Shown piece by piece: positions 50,076-60,082 of a stretch of 64,000 nt of DNA; the first letter of the stretch is position 1, and every line of letters starts with the position of its first letter. The stretch spans positions 1,854,553 to 1,918,552 of the forward strand of contig OY762933.1 in NCBI GenBank assembly GCA_963666765.1, read 5' to 3'. The position numbers and the translations under genes were made by a program. The notes beneath the pieces were generated by a model that was not told the origin of the DNA, searched no databases, and saw nothing but the letters and a program-made list of their open reading frames with translations. The stretch is from Gammaproteobacteria bacterium (lineage in GTDB: Bacteria; Pseudomonadota; Gammaproteobacteria; Steroidobacterales; Foliamicaceae).

Positions 50076-51140
50076 TTGATTTCCAAATCACGGGCCCGCG
50101 CCTACCGCGAGGCTATTCGACAAGGCTTCCCCTGGCGCGCCATTGCCGAGACGCCCACGCCGGTGGACCGGCACGCTTCCCTGGCCGAAGAACTTGGCGC
50201 CCGCTCGGCGTGGATCAAGCGCGACGACATAAGCGGCGCAAAACACGGCGGCAACAAGCTGAGAAAGCTCGAGTTCCTGCTGGCGGACGCGCTGGCGGGC
50301 GATTACCGTGGCGTGCTCACCTATGGCGCCGTAGGCTCCAATCACATTCTCTCCACCTCGCACTCCGCGCGCAGCGTCGGCCTGGAATGCTGCGGAATTG
50401 TCCGCCCTCAGGCACCCACCCCCTATGTCGAGGAAACGCTTCGCTATCACCTCCTCCTGGGGACCCGCCTGGTTCCGGCGGCCGACCACGAGGCAACCGC
50501 GCGGGAGCGCGAGCGGATGCTTGCCGAAGAGGGCGCCTGGTACGAGATACCGCTTGGCGGTTCTTCGGTGCTGGGTTGTCTGGGTTACGTTTGCGGCGCC
50601 CTGGAGCTGGCCGAGCAGGTCAAGTCCGGTGAATGTCCCGCCCCGGACCTGATCTACCTGCCGTGCGGGTCCTCCGGCAGCACGCTGGGACTCGACCTCG
50701 GCCTTTCGCTGTGCGGGCTTCCCACGCGCATAGTGGCCGCGCGCGTCGTGTCCGACGACATGACCTCGATGAGCAGAATCCGTTCGCTGGCCGGGCAACT
50801 CAGGCAGCTCCTTGATGGCGTCTGCCCTCTGCCCGCAGGACAGCCCTTGCAACGCGTGGAGTTCCGCACGGAGTTTCTGGGCACCGGCTACGCGCTGCCC
50901 ACCGACGAGGCGCTGGCCGCCATCGAACTCATGAAAAACATGACGAATACGCGACTGGAGTACACCTACTCGGGGAAGGGCGCGGCGGCCATGCTGAGCG
51001 ACGGGCGCGAGGGACGGCACAAGAACCTCAATGTGCTGTTCTGGAATACTTACAATTCGCGCCCGGCGCCTGCTGCCCTGCCGCCCCTGAGACGTGATGA
51101 ACTGCCCGATGTGATGCGGGCGAGTCTGCCGGCGGCCTAG
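50076..51140 (+). CDS. PLP-dependent ACC deaminase / D-cysteine desulfhydrase family protein
   Basis: GGNKLRKLEFLLADA contains the PLP lysine context, and GAVGSNHI is present. TTG start as listed; the start is uncertain. Confidence 0.7.
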   Translation: MISKSRARAYREAIRQGFPWRAIAETPTPVDRHASLAEELGARSAWIKRDDISGAKHGGNKLRKLEFLLADALAGDYRGVLTYGAVGSNHILSTSHSARSVGLECCGIVRPQAPTPYVEETLRYHLLLGTRLVPAADHEATARERERMLAEEGAWYEIPLGGSSVLGCLGYVCGALELAEQVKSGECPAPDLIYLPCGSSGSTLGLDLGLSLCGLPTRIVAARVVSDDMTSMSRIRSLAGQLRQLLDGVCPLPAGQPLQRVEFRTEFLGTGYALPTDEALAAIELMKNMTNTRLEYTYSGKGAAAMLSDGREGRHKNLNVLFWNTYNSRPAPAALPPLRRDELPDVMRASLPAA

Positions 51141-51160
51141 GCCTGGCACCAGTCCGCGCC

Positions 51161-51916
51161 GTGAGCGACTCGCTGCCGCTGGAATTCCTGCCGCTGCTGG
51201 CGCTGGCGGGCTGTGCGGCAGGCTTCCTGAACGTCATGGCGGGCGGTGGCTCGCTGCTGACGCTGCCGTTGATGCTGCTGGCCGGCATTCCCGCGCCGAT
51301 CGCCAACGGAACCCTGCGCGTGTCGATCGTCGCCCAGAACCTGGTTGCGTTGAGCACCTTCCGGCGACACGGGTTCACCGAGCTGAAGGAAGCCATGTTC
51401 CTTTCGCTTTTCGCCTGCGCCGGCGCGGTGGGCGGCGCCTCGCTGGGGGTGCGGGTGGAAGGCCCGTGGTTTGACCGCATCGTGGCGCTGACCATGGTGG
51501 TCTGCACGCTGCTGATCCTTCGTCGTGGAAAGGCCAGGTCCGCGCCTGCGCCGGGCAGGGGACGCCGCTGGCTGGGCTATGCGGCATTGGTCTTTGCCGG
51601 CGCCTGGGGCGGCTTCATTCAGGTCGGCGTGGGGTTTCTGCTGATGCCGGCGCTTAACCGCATCCTCGGCATGGACCTCGTGCGCGTGAACATGTACAAG
51701 GTCGTAATCATCGTGCCGTATACGGTACTGGCTCTGGCGGTTTTTGCCTGGCAATCGGAAATCCTGTGGCTGGTCGGCCTTGCGCTGGCGATCGGCAATT
51801 CCATCGGGGGCTGGCTGGGCGCCCGCCTTACGGTATCCAGGGGGGAGCCCCTCATTCGCGCCGTGTTCCTGATCGCCGTCGCGGCCATGGCGGCAAGCCT
51901 GCTGCTGCGAGGCTGA
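51161..51916 (+). CDS. TauE/SafE (TSUP) family anion exporter
   Basis: 251 aa, polytopic, with FLNVMAGGGSLLTLPLMLL at the N-terminus and a repeated half-structure. Confidence 0.7.
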   Translation: MSDSLPLEFLPLLALAGCAAGFLNVMAGGGSLLTLPLMLLAGIPAPIANGTLRVSIVAQNLVALSTFRRHGFTELKEAMFLSLFACAGAVGGASLGVRVEGPWFDRIVALTMVVCTLLILRRGKARSAPAPGRGRRWLGYAALVFAGAWGGFIQVGVGFLLMPALNRILGMDLVRVNMYKVVIIVPYTVLALAVFAWQSEILWLVGLALAIGNSIGGWLGARLTVSRGEPLIRAVFLIAVAAMAASLLLRG

Positions 51917-51923
51917 GGTCCCC

Positions 51924-51938
51924 AGGGCGTCCCGCCCT
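51924..51938. terminator. Short GC palindrome between convergent genes
   Basis: The sequence is agggcgtcccgccct (6-bp stem, 3-nt loop). It overlaps the stop of the downstream minus-strand gene. Confidence 0.3.
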
Positions 51939-52575
51939 ACGGCGTCACCGACCAGGTATACGTTTCGCTGCGCAGAACCAGGCCGAATCCCAGCCGCCCG
52001 GTAACGTTGCGCCGCCACCAGTCCGACTCGTCGGGAAACAGCCGTGCCTGCACGGAGAAAACGTGCGGTTGCCCCCGCGGCAGTTCATTCTCGCCAACCA
52101 GGGGCTGATCCGCCACATAACCGATCTTGCGCAAGGCGGAGAACATCGTCGCGAATTCCGCCCGGGCGTCCGCCGACGGGGAACTGACGACAAAGCGGTC
52201 GGCCTCGCGGTCGAATTCCAGATAAAGGGTGCGCATCACACTCGTAAGCTGACGGTCGGGAATCAGCGCCCGTGGTTGCGCCACAGCGAATTCAACCTCT
52301 ACTCTCAGCCTCAGGCCCTCACGCACAAGCCGCTCGGCTTCCGCATCCAGCTCGATGTCGACCCGCGTGGTCACCAGCCAGCTTCCCCCATCGGCCCGCG
52401 CGTAGGCCAGGCGTACGTCGATCTCCGAGGCCGGCGCCGCCAGCGGCAGGCATAGCAGGCACAGCAGCGCCAGCAGCCCGTGGCCGACAACGCGCCACCG
52501 GCGCGTTGTCGCCGCGCCGCGCCGGGCCCGGGCAGGCGAATCAATCAATCTGAAGCGGCTTTTCGAGCAGCGCAT
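51937..52575 (-). CDS. Secreted protein, DUF4390-like (conserved neighbour of rsmB)
   Basis: Signal-like LLALLCLLCLPLAAPASE. The position directly after rsmB matches what I recall for DUF4390. The start is uncertain because the listed start overlaps rsmB by 35 nt. Confidence 0.5.
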   Translation of the reverse strand: MRCSKSRFRLIDSPARARRGAATTRRWRVVGHGLLALLCLLCLPLAAPASEIDVRLAYARADGGSWLVTTRVDIELDAEAERLVREGLRLRVEVEFAVAQPRALIPDRQLTSVMRTLYLEFDREADRFVVSSPSADARAEFATMFSALRKIGYVADQPLVGENELPRGQPHVFSVQARLFPDESDWWRRNVTGRLGFGLVLRSETYTWSVTP

Positions 52576-53875
52576 TGAAATGTCCGTCGGCGCAGCGCCT
52601 CCCCGGCAACAACTGATAGCCGTGTCGCGCCAAAGGCAACGCCCACCCGCCGGACACGCCGCCGCCCCTCACTTCACGGACCAAGCCCCTATTTTCGCCC
52701 AGAAAGCGCCGGATTACATCATCGGTTTCTTCCGGCAACACCGAGCAAACGCTGTACAGCAGCCGACCGCCGGGTTTAAGCAGCGGCCAGAGGCTGTCGA
52801 GCAGCCTCCCTTGCAGACTCGCGAAGGGAGCAATGTCCTGATCACGGCGCAGATGCTTGATGTCGGGATGGCGCCGAATGACGCCGGTGGCCGAACAGGG
52901 CGCATCGAGCAGAATGCGGTCGAACGCCACCCCCTCGAACCACTGGGCGGGCCGCAAGGCATCGCCGCGGCGAACGCTGGCGCTCAGGCCGAGCCGCGCA
53001 AGATTCGCCTCAAGCCGCGCAAGCCGATCGCCATCCTTGTCCAGCGCCACCAACTCGCCAAGCTGCGGGCACAGCTCCAGCAATTGCGCGGTCTTGCCGC
53101 CGGGCGCCGCACAGGCATCCAGGACACGCATTCCGGGGCGAACGCCGAGCAGCGGCGCGGCCAACTGCGCCCCGGCGTCCTGAATCGAGACCAGACCCTC
53201 GCCAAAACCGGGCAATTGGCCGGCAGCCGCCGGCGGGTCGATACGCAGGGCGCCCGAAAGATAATCAGGCAGGCTGCAACGCCATAGTCCGGTGGCGGTT
53301 GCCTGTGCCCGATACGATTCGCGACTGGACCTTGCCGGATTGACCCGCAGCCACATCGGAGGCTTGCGGTTGCCGGCCCGCAGAATCGACCGCCAGTGAC
53401 CCGGCCAAGCGGCCTGCAAGCGGCGGATCAGCCACTCAGGATGCGAGTAGCGGCCCTCAAGGCTTTGGTCGGCCGCGTCCTCCAATCGAGGACTTTCCCG
53501 CAGATAGCGGCGCAGGACCGCGTTGACCGCGCCGACCTGGGCCGGCCGGAGCAGCGCCTTGGCCGCAGATACGCAGGAATTCACGGCGGCATGGTCCGGT
53601 ATCCGCGTGCGGGCAAGCTGGAACAGCCCTACGGACAATAGCGCGGCGAGCCTGGCGGGCGGACGCGGCCGATCCATCATTTGTTCCAGCAACTTGATGT
53701 GCCGCTGGTGCCAGCGCAACGCCCCCAGCGCCAGTTCCGAAGCCAGTGCCTGCCGTCCGGGCGCCAACGCCGGATATCCGGCTTCTTCCAGCGCCGGCCG
53801 GTAACTCCGTCCCCGGAGCACGCCGTACACCGTCAGCGCGCTTACCCGCCGCGTCCCGGCGCCGGACTCGCTCAT
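52541..53875 (-). CDS. rsmB: 16S rRNA (cytosine967-C5)-methyltransferase
   Basis: A NusB-like N-terminal domain is followed by a methyltransferase domain ([37 protein letters not shown]). The ATG at 53875 overlaps the fmt stop (ATGA). Confidence 0.9.
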   Translation of the reverse strand: MSESGAGTRRVSALTVYGVLRGRSYRPALEEAGYPALAPGRQALASELALGALRWHQRHIKLLEQMMDRPRPPARLAALLSVGLFQLARTRIPDHAAVNSCVSAAKALLRPAQVGAVNAVLRRYLRESPRLEDAADQSLEGRYSHPEWLIRRLQAAWPGHWRSILRAGNRKPPMWLRVNPARSSRESYRAQATATGLWRCSLPDYLSGALRIDPPAAAGQLPGFGEGLVSIQDAGAQLAAPLLGVRPGMRVLDACAAPGGKTAQLLELCPQLGELVALDKDGDRLARLEANLARLGLSASVRRGDALRPAQWFEGVAFDRILLDAPCSATGVIRRHPDIKHLRRDQDIAPFASLQGRLLDSLWPLLKPGGRLLYSVCSVLPEETDDVIRRFLGENRGLVREVRGGGVSGGWALPLARHGYQLLPGRRCADGHFNALLEKPLQID

Positions 53876-54807
53876 GTCAGTATCGCTTCCGCCAGGGACG
53901 CGCCGCGCGCTGCGTCGCTTGCGGGCATTCGGCGGCGGCCCGGCAATTGCACCTCCAGCACACGCAACGCGCCGGAGACGGTCGCCACGTCCATACCGTC
54001 CCGGGAAACACTGAGAACGCGGCCGGGCCTGCCCGAGCCGGACCCGAGCGCCTGTGCCCGCCAAAGCCGCAGCGGCCTGTCGCCCCACATTGCATGCGCG
54101 ACCGGCCAGGGATCGAAAGCGCGCACGTGGCGGGCAAGCGCCTCGGCGGGCTTCGACCAGTCCAGGCGGCCCTGCCGCTTGCTGATCATCGGCGCGTAAC
54201 TGGACAGGGCCGTGTCCTGGGGAACGGCTTCAAGCTCCCCGGCGAGGACGGCCGGAAGCTGCTGAAGCAGAAGATCGGCGCCGAGCCCGGCCAACCGCAT
54301 CTCCAACGCTCCCGCCGTCTCATGCGGCTCCATGCGGGTGCGCCGGGCCGCCAGCAGCGGGCCCGTGTCCAGGCCGGCATCCATTTGCATCAGGGTGACC
54401 CCGGTATGGCTGTCGCCGGCCAGAATCGCCGCCGCTACCGGCGACGCGCCGCGCCAACGGGGCAGAAGCGACGCGTGTATGTTGACCGCTCCCCGGCGGC
54501 AGGCCTCAAGCGCGGCAGCCGGCAGAATCGAGCCATAGGCCGCCACAACCAGCAGATCGGCGCCGAAGTCCTCAAGTTGCCTTGCCAGCGAGGCGTCGCT
54601 CCAGTTTGCGGGCTGCAGCAGCTTGAGCCCAACCTCCTGCGCCCATTGCTTGACCGGGGAGGAAGTCAGCCTGCGGCCGCGGCCGGCGGCGCGATCGGGT
54701 CGGGTGATCACGGCCGGGATGCGGTAATCCGCGCCATGCAGGGCGCGCAGCGCCGTCAGCGCAAACCCGGGCGTGCCTGCAAACAGAATCCTCGCAGGCG
54801 CAGTCAT
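53872..54807 (-). CDS. fmt: Methionyl-tRNA formyltransferase
   Basis: [26 protein letters not shown], and a typical length of 311 aa. Confidence 0.95.
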   Translation of the reverse strand: MTAPARILFAGTPGFALTALRALHGADYRIPAVITRPDRAAGRGRRLTSSPVKQWAQEVGLKLLQPANWSDASLARQLEDFGADLLVVAAYGSILPAAALEACRRGAVNIHASLLPRWRGASPVAAAILAGDSHTGVTLMQMDAGLDTGPLLAARRTRMEPHETAGALEMRLAGLGADLLLQQLPAVLAGELEAVPQDTALSSYAPMISKRQGRLDWSKPAEALARHVRAFDPWPVAHAMWGDRPLRLWRAQALGSGSGRPGRVLSVSRDGMDVATVSGALRVLEVQLPGRRRMPASDAARGASLAEAILT

Positions 54808-54831
54808 CGGGAATTGAAAGCGATGGCCGCG

Positions 54832-54997
54832 CTAGCAGCCCGTGGCAGAACCCCGCGTCGCATCGAGAACGGCGAGACGCCCGCCTGGCAAGGCGCGAGG
54901 AGCGCGCATATCGGGAATATGCAAGCGACGAGCAACGCAGTCCAGGCGGGATGGATCGCCGGTCGAATGCAGCGGGGCTTCTGCCACGGGCTGCTAG
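54832..54997. repeat. 166-bp palindromic element with perfect 19-bp CTAG-terminated inverted repeats, inserted between def and fmt
   Basis: ctagcagcccgtggcagaa (54832-54850) is the exact reverse complement of 54979-54997. Imperfect pairing continues inward (ccccgc/gcgggg, cccgcctgg/ccaggcggg). The def TAG stop lies inside the right arm. Confidence 0.9.
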
Positions 54998-55515
54998 AAC
55001 TCCAGGGCCGCGGGCCTGCCGGTCCGCTCGGCCTTCTCCATGCGTTTGCGCAACATGCGGCGCTTGAGCGGGGACAGGTAGTCGATGAACAACTTGCCGT
55101 CCAGGTGATCGATCTCATGCTGAATGCAGATCGACGCAAGTCCCTCCAGTTCCTCCTCCAGCGGCTCCATCTCCGCCGTATAGGCCCGGACCCGGACCCG
55201 CTCGGCGCGCGGCACTTCGGCGGTGAACTCGGGCACCGACAGGCAGCCCTCCTCGCTGACCACCTCGCCCTCGGAGGAAACGATTTCCGGGTTGACGTAG
55301 CAGCGGGGCGTATCGCGTTCCTCGGAAACGTCCATCACCAGCACGCGCTCGGCGACATTCACCTGGATTGCCGCGAGACCGACGCCCTTGCGCGCGTACA
55401 TGGTCTCGAGCATGTCGTCGGCGAGCTGCCGCAATCGTTCGCCGGCCACCGCTACCGGCCTGGCCTTGCGGCGCAGCCGCCGGTCGGGAAACGTCAGTAC
55501 TCTCAGTTCCGCCAT
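54994..55515 (-). CDS. def: Peptide deformylase
   Basis: GVGLAAIQV, EGCLSVPE and HEIDHLDG motifs. Confidence 0.95.
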   Translation of the reverse strand: MAELRVLTFPDRRLRRKARPVAVAGERLRQLADDMLETMYARKGVGLAAIQVNVAERVLVMDVSEERDTPRCYVNPEIVSSEGEVVSEEGCLSVPEFTAEVPRAERVRVRAYTAEMEPLEEELEGLASICIQHEIDHLDGKLFIDYLSPLKRRMLRKRMEKAERTGRPAALEF

Positions 55516-55555
55516 GGGTGTGGTATTTTCCCACAGTCACCAAAGGAATTCCCGC

Positions 55556-56641
55556 ATGGATGCAGAACCTTGGATTACCCTGCAATTGTGTCCCGCGCTG
55601 TCGCCATTGCTGCGGCTCAGGCTGCTCAGGCGATACGGCGAGGCACATGCCATCATTGCCGCGCCGGGCAACGAACTGCTGCAAGCCGGCCTGAAACCAT
55701 CCGGCCTGAAATGGCTGCGGCAGCCGGACCCCGCCGTAATCGCACCCTGTCTGGACTGGCTTGCCAGGGACGGCGCTCACCTCGTCCCGTTTTCCGACAC
55801 GCGCTTTCCGTCGCTGTTGCGTGAAATCGACGACCCGCCCGCGGCGTTGTTCGTCCTGGGAGAGGTTGACGTGCTGGCCGAGCCGCAAATCGCAATCGTG
55901 GGCAGCCGCGCGGCAACGCCCCTGGGCCGGTCGACCGCGGCGGACTTTTCCCGCGCGCTCTGCCGCCGCGGCCTCTCCATCGCCAGCGGACTCGCCGAAG
56001 GCATTGATGCGGCGGCGCACGAAGCGGCCGTGGACTGCGGCGGCGCCACCGTCGGGGTAAGCGCGACCGGACTGGACCGGGTCTATCCGCGGCGCAACAG
56101 CGAACTTGCCCGCCGCATCGCGACCGTCGGCGCGCTTGTCTCGGAAAACCCGCCCGGCATCGAATTGCAGCAATGGATGTTTCCCCGCCGCAACCGGATC
56201 ATCAGCGGCATGTCGGTGGGCGTGCTGGTCGTTGAGGCAGCCGCCCGCTCCGGGGCGCGCATCACGGCTCGAACAGCGGCCGAGCAGGGCCGCGAAGTGT
56301 TTGCCGTACCTGGATCGATATACAGCCCGCAGTCTCGCGGCTGCCACGCGCTGATCCGCAACGGCGCCAAGCTCGTCGAGCGGCCGGAAGACGTGCTGGA
56401 GGAGCTGCCGGCGCTGCTGCAGGCCTGCTCCGCCGAACCCGCGGCGCCGGATGCTCTCGAACACGTGCCCGGAGAGCTGCCGCTGCTGGACGAGCTCATG
56501 CGGCATGGCCCCGTCGGCATGGATGAACTGGTAAGCCAGACCGGGCGTGACGCAGCCGAGCTTTCCGCTGAACTCGCGCGCCTTGAACTTGACGGCCGCG
56601 TACATTCGCTGCCGGGCGGGCGGTTTCAGTACGGTCGCTAA
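55556..56641 (+). CDS. dprA: DNA-processing protein DprA (Smf)
   Basis: IAIVGSRAATPLG, GLAEGIDAAAH and AVPGSIYSPQSRGCHALIRNGAKL. Trimmed to the ATG at 55556. Confidence 0.9.
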   Translation: MDAEPWITLQLCPALSPLLRLRLLRRYGEAHAIIAAPGNELLQAGLKPSGLKWLRQPDPAVIAPCLDWLARDGAHLVPFSDTRFPSLLREIDDPPAALFVLGEVDVLAEPQIAIVGSRAATPLGRSTAADFSRALCRRGLSIASGLAEGIDAAAHEAAVDCGGATVGVSATGLDRVYPRRNSELARRIATVGALVSENPPGIELQQWMFPRRNRIISGMSVGVLVVEAAARSGARITARTAAEQGREVFAVPGSIYSPQSRGCHALIRNGAKLVERPEDVLEELPALLQACSAEPAAPDALEHVPGELPLLDELMRHGPVGMDELVSQTGRDAAELSAELARLELDGRVHSLPGGRFQYGR

Positions 56642-56748
56642 AGTAGTGCTAGGATGCGCGGTCGATTTCTATGGAGTTAGGGTAGTAAAAGGCGCAGCAG
56701 CCAAATGAATTCTTCCACGACATACCGACCCATGCAGGTCATCACCCC

Positions 56749-59502
56749 ATGACGCGAAACGCCGGCGATAGGGCCGCGGGGGGCCTGATCGTGGTCGAAT
56801 CTCCCGCCAAGGCGCGAACCCTGCAGCGCTATCTGGGCAAGGACTACCGGGTTCTGGCGTGCAACGGACATGTACGGGATCTGAAGAGCGGCGGCCTGGC
56901 AATCGACACGAAGAAGGGATTCGAAATGGAGTTTGAGCCGGTGGAAAGCTCGAAGGCCGCGGTGGCGCGGATACGCCGCGCGCTGGCCGGGATGCCGGCC
57001 CTGTATCTCGCAACCGACCCCGACCGCGAGGGCGAGGCCATCGCCTGGCACCTCCTGGAACTGTTGTCGGATGAGGGGGCGCTTGAAGAAAAGCAGGTTC
57101 ACCGGGTGGCCTTCAACCAGATCACGCGCAGTGCGGTCAACAAGGCAGTCGACGATCCTCGCGACGTTTCCATGCCGCTGGTGGACGCACAGAAGGCCCG
57201 GCGTTGCATGGACCGGCTGCTCGGATTCACCCTTTCGCCACTGCTGTCGCGGATACTCACCCGCGGCCTTTCGGCGGGCCGGGTGCAGAGTCCGGCCCTG
57301 CGGCTGATCGTGGAACGGGAAAAGGAAATCGAGGCGTTCAGGCCGCGCGAGTACTGGACCATTGCCGCACACCTCGGCAAGGACGGCCAGGACTTCGAGG
57401 CGGCCCTCGTGGAGCTGAACGGCGAGAAGCTGAAGAAGTTCTCGCTGGGAGATGCCGCAGCAACCGAACAGGCCCGCGAAGCGCTCCTGGCGGCAATGCG
57501 GGACGGCGCATCAGGCGACGGCCCGGGAGTCTTGAGCGTAGCCAACGTCACGCCCACCCGCGCAAAGCGCTCTCCGCCCCCGCCGTTCACGACCTCGACC
57601 ATGCAGCAGGCCGCCTCACGCCAGATCGGCATGCAGGCGCAACGGACCATGCGGGTGGCGCAGTCTCTGTACGAGGGGGTCGATACCGGCAGCGGGGCGG
57701 TTGGACTGATCACGTACATGCGGACCGATTCCGTGCAGATGGCGCGCGAAGCGGTACAGGAGATCCGGGAATACGTCGGCAAGGAACTGGGCGCCGATTA
57801 CCTTCCCGCGTCGCCGCGCCGGTACCGCACCAAGACCCGCAACGCGCAGGAAGCGCATGAAGCGATACGGCCGACAAGCATCGCCAACACTCCGGAATCG
57901 CTCAGGAGCCGGCTGGATTCCGACCAGTACCGCCTGTACGGCATCATCTGGCGGCGCGCCGTCGCCAGCCAGATGAGCGACGCCCTGTACGACCGTGTGA
58001 GCGCCGAGTTCACGCCTGGCAAGGCATCTGCCCAAAGTCCGGATGGCGACCCGGCGGGACGCTTCCGGGCCACCGGGAACACGCTTGCGCATCCGGGCTT
58101 TCTCAAGGTCCTGGCACGCTCCGCGGACAGCAGGGACAAGGCGCTGCCAGCGCTGAAGAAGGGCGACATACTGGACGTGCGCGACCTCGCCAGCGAACAG
58201 CATTTCACCGAACCTCCGCCGCGCTACAGCGAGGCGAGTCTGGTCAAGGCGCTTGAAGACCATGGAATCGGGCGGCCTTCCACCTACGCCGAGACCCTGC
58301 GCAAGATCCGCGACCGCGAGTACGCGGTCATGGAAAAACGCAACTTCATGCCCACTCAGAAAGGCAGGCTGGTGGCTGATTTCCTTACCCGCCATTTCAA
58401 CAATTACGTCGATTACGACTTCACCGCGGGCATGGAGGAATCGCTGGACGCGGTGGCCAACGGGGAAAAACACTGGGTCCCGGTGATGGATGAGTTCTGG
58501 GGCCATTACTCGGAGCAACTCGCGGAGAAGAAGCGCACGCTCAAGGGCGTCGAGGAACGCCCGAGGCGGCTGCTGGGCGAGCATCCGGAATCCGGGGAAC
58601 CGGTCTATGCCCGGCTGGGGCCCTACGGCTACTTCGTACAGCTCGGCGAGCGCACCGAGACCCATCGCCCGCCGGTGGCCACTATGCGCGAAGGCCTCAA
58701 TTACGAGGATGTCACGCTCGAACAGGCGCTGGAATTGCTGCGTGGTCCGCGTCCGCTGGGACAGGATCCTGCCACCGGCCAGCCGGTCTATGCGGGGAGC
58801 GGCCGCAACGGTCCGTACGTGCAACTGGGGGAGAAGGGCGGCGAGGAGAAACCGAAATACGCCTCGCTGACGGACGGCCTGAGCGAAGAGTCGGTGACGC
58901 TGGAGGAAGCCCTGAAGCTGCTTTCCCTGCCGCGGGACCTGGGGCCGCATCCGGAAATCGGCGCCATGGTCTATGCGGGGCGGGGACGCTTCGGACCGTA
59001 CGTTCAACTCGGCGAGCGCGGCAAGGAAAAACCGAAATACGCTTCCCTGCCCCCCGACATCTCTCCGTACACGGTCACGCTGGACGAGGCGGTGGCCCTG
59101 CTCCGTCTGCCGCGCAAGCTCGGAGAGCATCCGGAAAACGGCCGGCCCGTTTTTGTCGGCTGCGGTGTCAAGGGGCCGTACGTGCAGATCGGGGAACGGG
59201 GCGGCAAGACCCGGCCCAGATATATCCGCCTGCCGAAGCCGCTCTCGGTGTTCACCCTGACGCTGGAGGAAGCGCTCAAGGTCCAGCCGGCGCGGCGCGC
59301 AAGCCAGCGGGCAATCAAGGAATTCGAGGACGGCGCAATCAGGATACTGGACGGCCGATACGGCCCGTACGTCACCGACGGATCACGCAACGCCTCGGTG
59401 CCGCGTCAACAGGATCCCTCCGCCCTGTCGCTGGAGGAATGTCGCGAACTTCTCAAGAATGCGCGGAAGAAAGGAACACGGAGAAGATCAGCCCGGCGCT
59501 GA
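56749..59502 (+). CDS. topA: DNA topoisomerase I (type IA) with five cysteine-free C-terminal repeats
   Basis: Toprim LIVVESPAKARTLQ, active-site region YMRTDS, and C-terminal repeats G(P/R)YG(Y/P)(F/Y)VQLGE...KPKYASL. Confidence 0.95.
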   Translation: MTRNAGDRAAGGLIVVESPAKARTLQRYLGKDYRVLACNGHVRDLKSGGLAIDTKKGFEMEFEPVESSKAAVARIRRALAGMPALYLATDPDREGEAIAWHLLELLSDEGALEEKQVHRVAFNQITRSAVNKAVDDPRDVSMPLVDAQKARRCMDRLLGFTLSPLLSRILTRGLSAGRVQSPALRLIVEREKEIEAFRPREYWTIAAHLGKDGQDFEAALVELNGEKLKKFSLGDAAATEQAREALLAAMRDGASGDGPGVLSVANVTPTRAKRSPPPPFTTSTMQQAASRQIGMQAQRTMRVAQSLYEGVDTGSGAVGLITYMRTDSVQMAREAVQEIREYVGKELGADYLPASPRRYRTKTRNAQEAHEAIRPTSIANTPESLRSRLDSDQYRLYGIIWRRAVASQMSDALYDRVSAEFTPGKASAQSPDGDPAGRFRATGNTLAHPGFLKVLARSADSRDKALPALKKGDILDVRDLASEQHFTEPPPRYSEASLVKALEDHGIGRPSTYAETLRKIRDREYAVMEKRNFMPTQKGRLVADFLTRHFNNYVDYDFTAGMEESLDAVANGEKHWVPVMDEFWGHYSEQLAEKKRTLKGVEERPRRLLGEHPESGEPVYARLGPYGYFVQLGERTETHRPPVATMREGLNYEDVTLEQALELLRGPRPLGQDPATGQPVYAGSGRNGPYVQLGEKGGEEKPKYASLTDGLSEESVTLEEALKLLSLPRDLGPHPEIGAMVYAGRGRFGPYVQLGERGKEKPKYASLPPDISPYTVTLDEAVALLRLPRKLGEHPENGRPVFVGCGVKGPYVQIGERGGKTRPRYIRLPKPLSVFTLTLEEALKVQPARRASQRAIKEFEDGAIRILDGRYGPYVTDGSRNASVPRQQDPSALSLEECRELLKNARKKGTRRRSARR

Positions 59503-60049
59503 CGCGGCCATCCGCAAGGGCGTCCACGTCCTTCGCGGCGGCGGCGTGATCGCCTACCCCAACGAGTCGGTCTACGGGCTCGGTTGCCTGCCCCGGGACG
59601 AGAAGGCTGTCGAGCGCTTGCTCAGACTCAAGGGCCGCGACCGGTCACTGGGCCTGATCCTTGTTGCCGGCGAATGGGAGCAGTTCGAAAGCTGGGTGGC
59701 GGACCTCTCCACTGCGGCGGATTCGGCGGGGCTGCGCGAAAGCGAGGGCATTACCTGGGTGATGCCCGCTTCCCCGAACACGCCGGCGTGGATCACGGGC
59801 GGGCGCGATACCGTAGCCGTGCGCGTGAGCCTGCACCCCCTGGCCGCCGTATTGAGCCGGGCGCTGGATAGTCCCGTGGTGTCCACCAGTTGCAATCCGC
59901 ACGGCATGCCGCCCGCCCGCACCGAGCGGGAGGCCCGGCATTATTTCGCGGGCGAGGTCGACTGGATCATGCCCGGCGAGTGCGGCCCGCTTGAAGGACC
60001 GACCGAAATCCGCGACGCGGCCACCGGAGCGGTGTTGCGCCCGGCATAA
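59459..60049 (+). CDS. tsaC: L-threonylcarbamoyladenylate synthase TsaC (YrdC family)
   Basis: GGVIAYPNESVYGLGC, LKGRDRSLGLILV and VVSTSCN. The listed start overlaps the end of topA, so the start is uncertain. Confidence 0.8.
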   Translation: MRGRKEHGEDQPGADAAIRKGVHVLRGGGVIAYPNESVYGLGCLPRDEKAVERLLRLKGRDRSLGLILVAGEWEQFESWVADLSTAADSAGLRESEGITWVMPASPNTPAWITGGRDTVAVRVSLHPLAAVLSRALDSPVVSTSCNPHGMPPARTEREARHYFAGEVDWIMPGECGPLEGPTEIRDAATGAVLRPA

Positions 60050-60082
60050 TGGCCGGATTGCAGCGTGACACGGCCTGGATTA

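Noticed and set aside
58560-59400. Five tandem repeats of about 50 aa (G-P-Y-V-Q-L-G-E … K-P-K-Y-A-S-L) in the TopA C-terminus, with no zinc-finger cysteines
   Set aside because: This is a known alternative C-terminal architecture of bacterial type IA topoisomerases (the cysteine-free 'Toprim C-terminal repeat' type). It is not novel.
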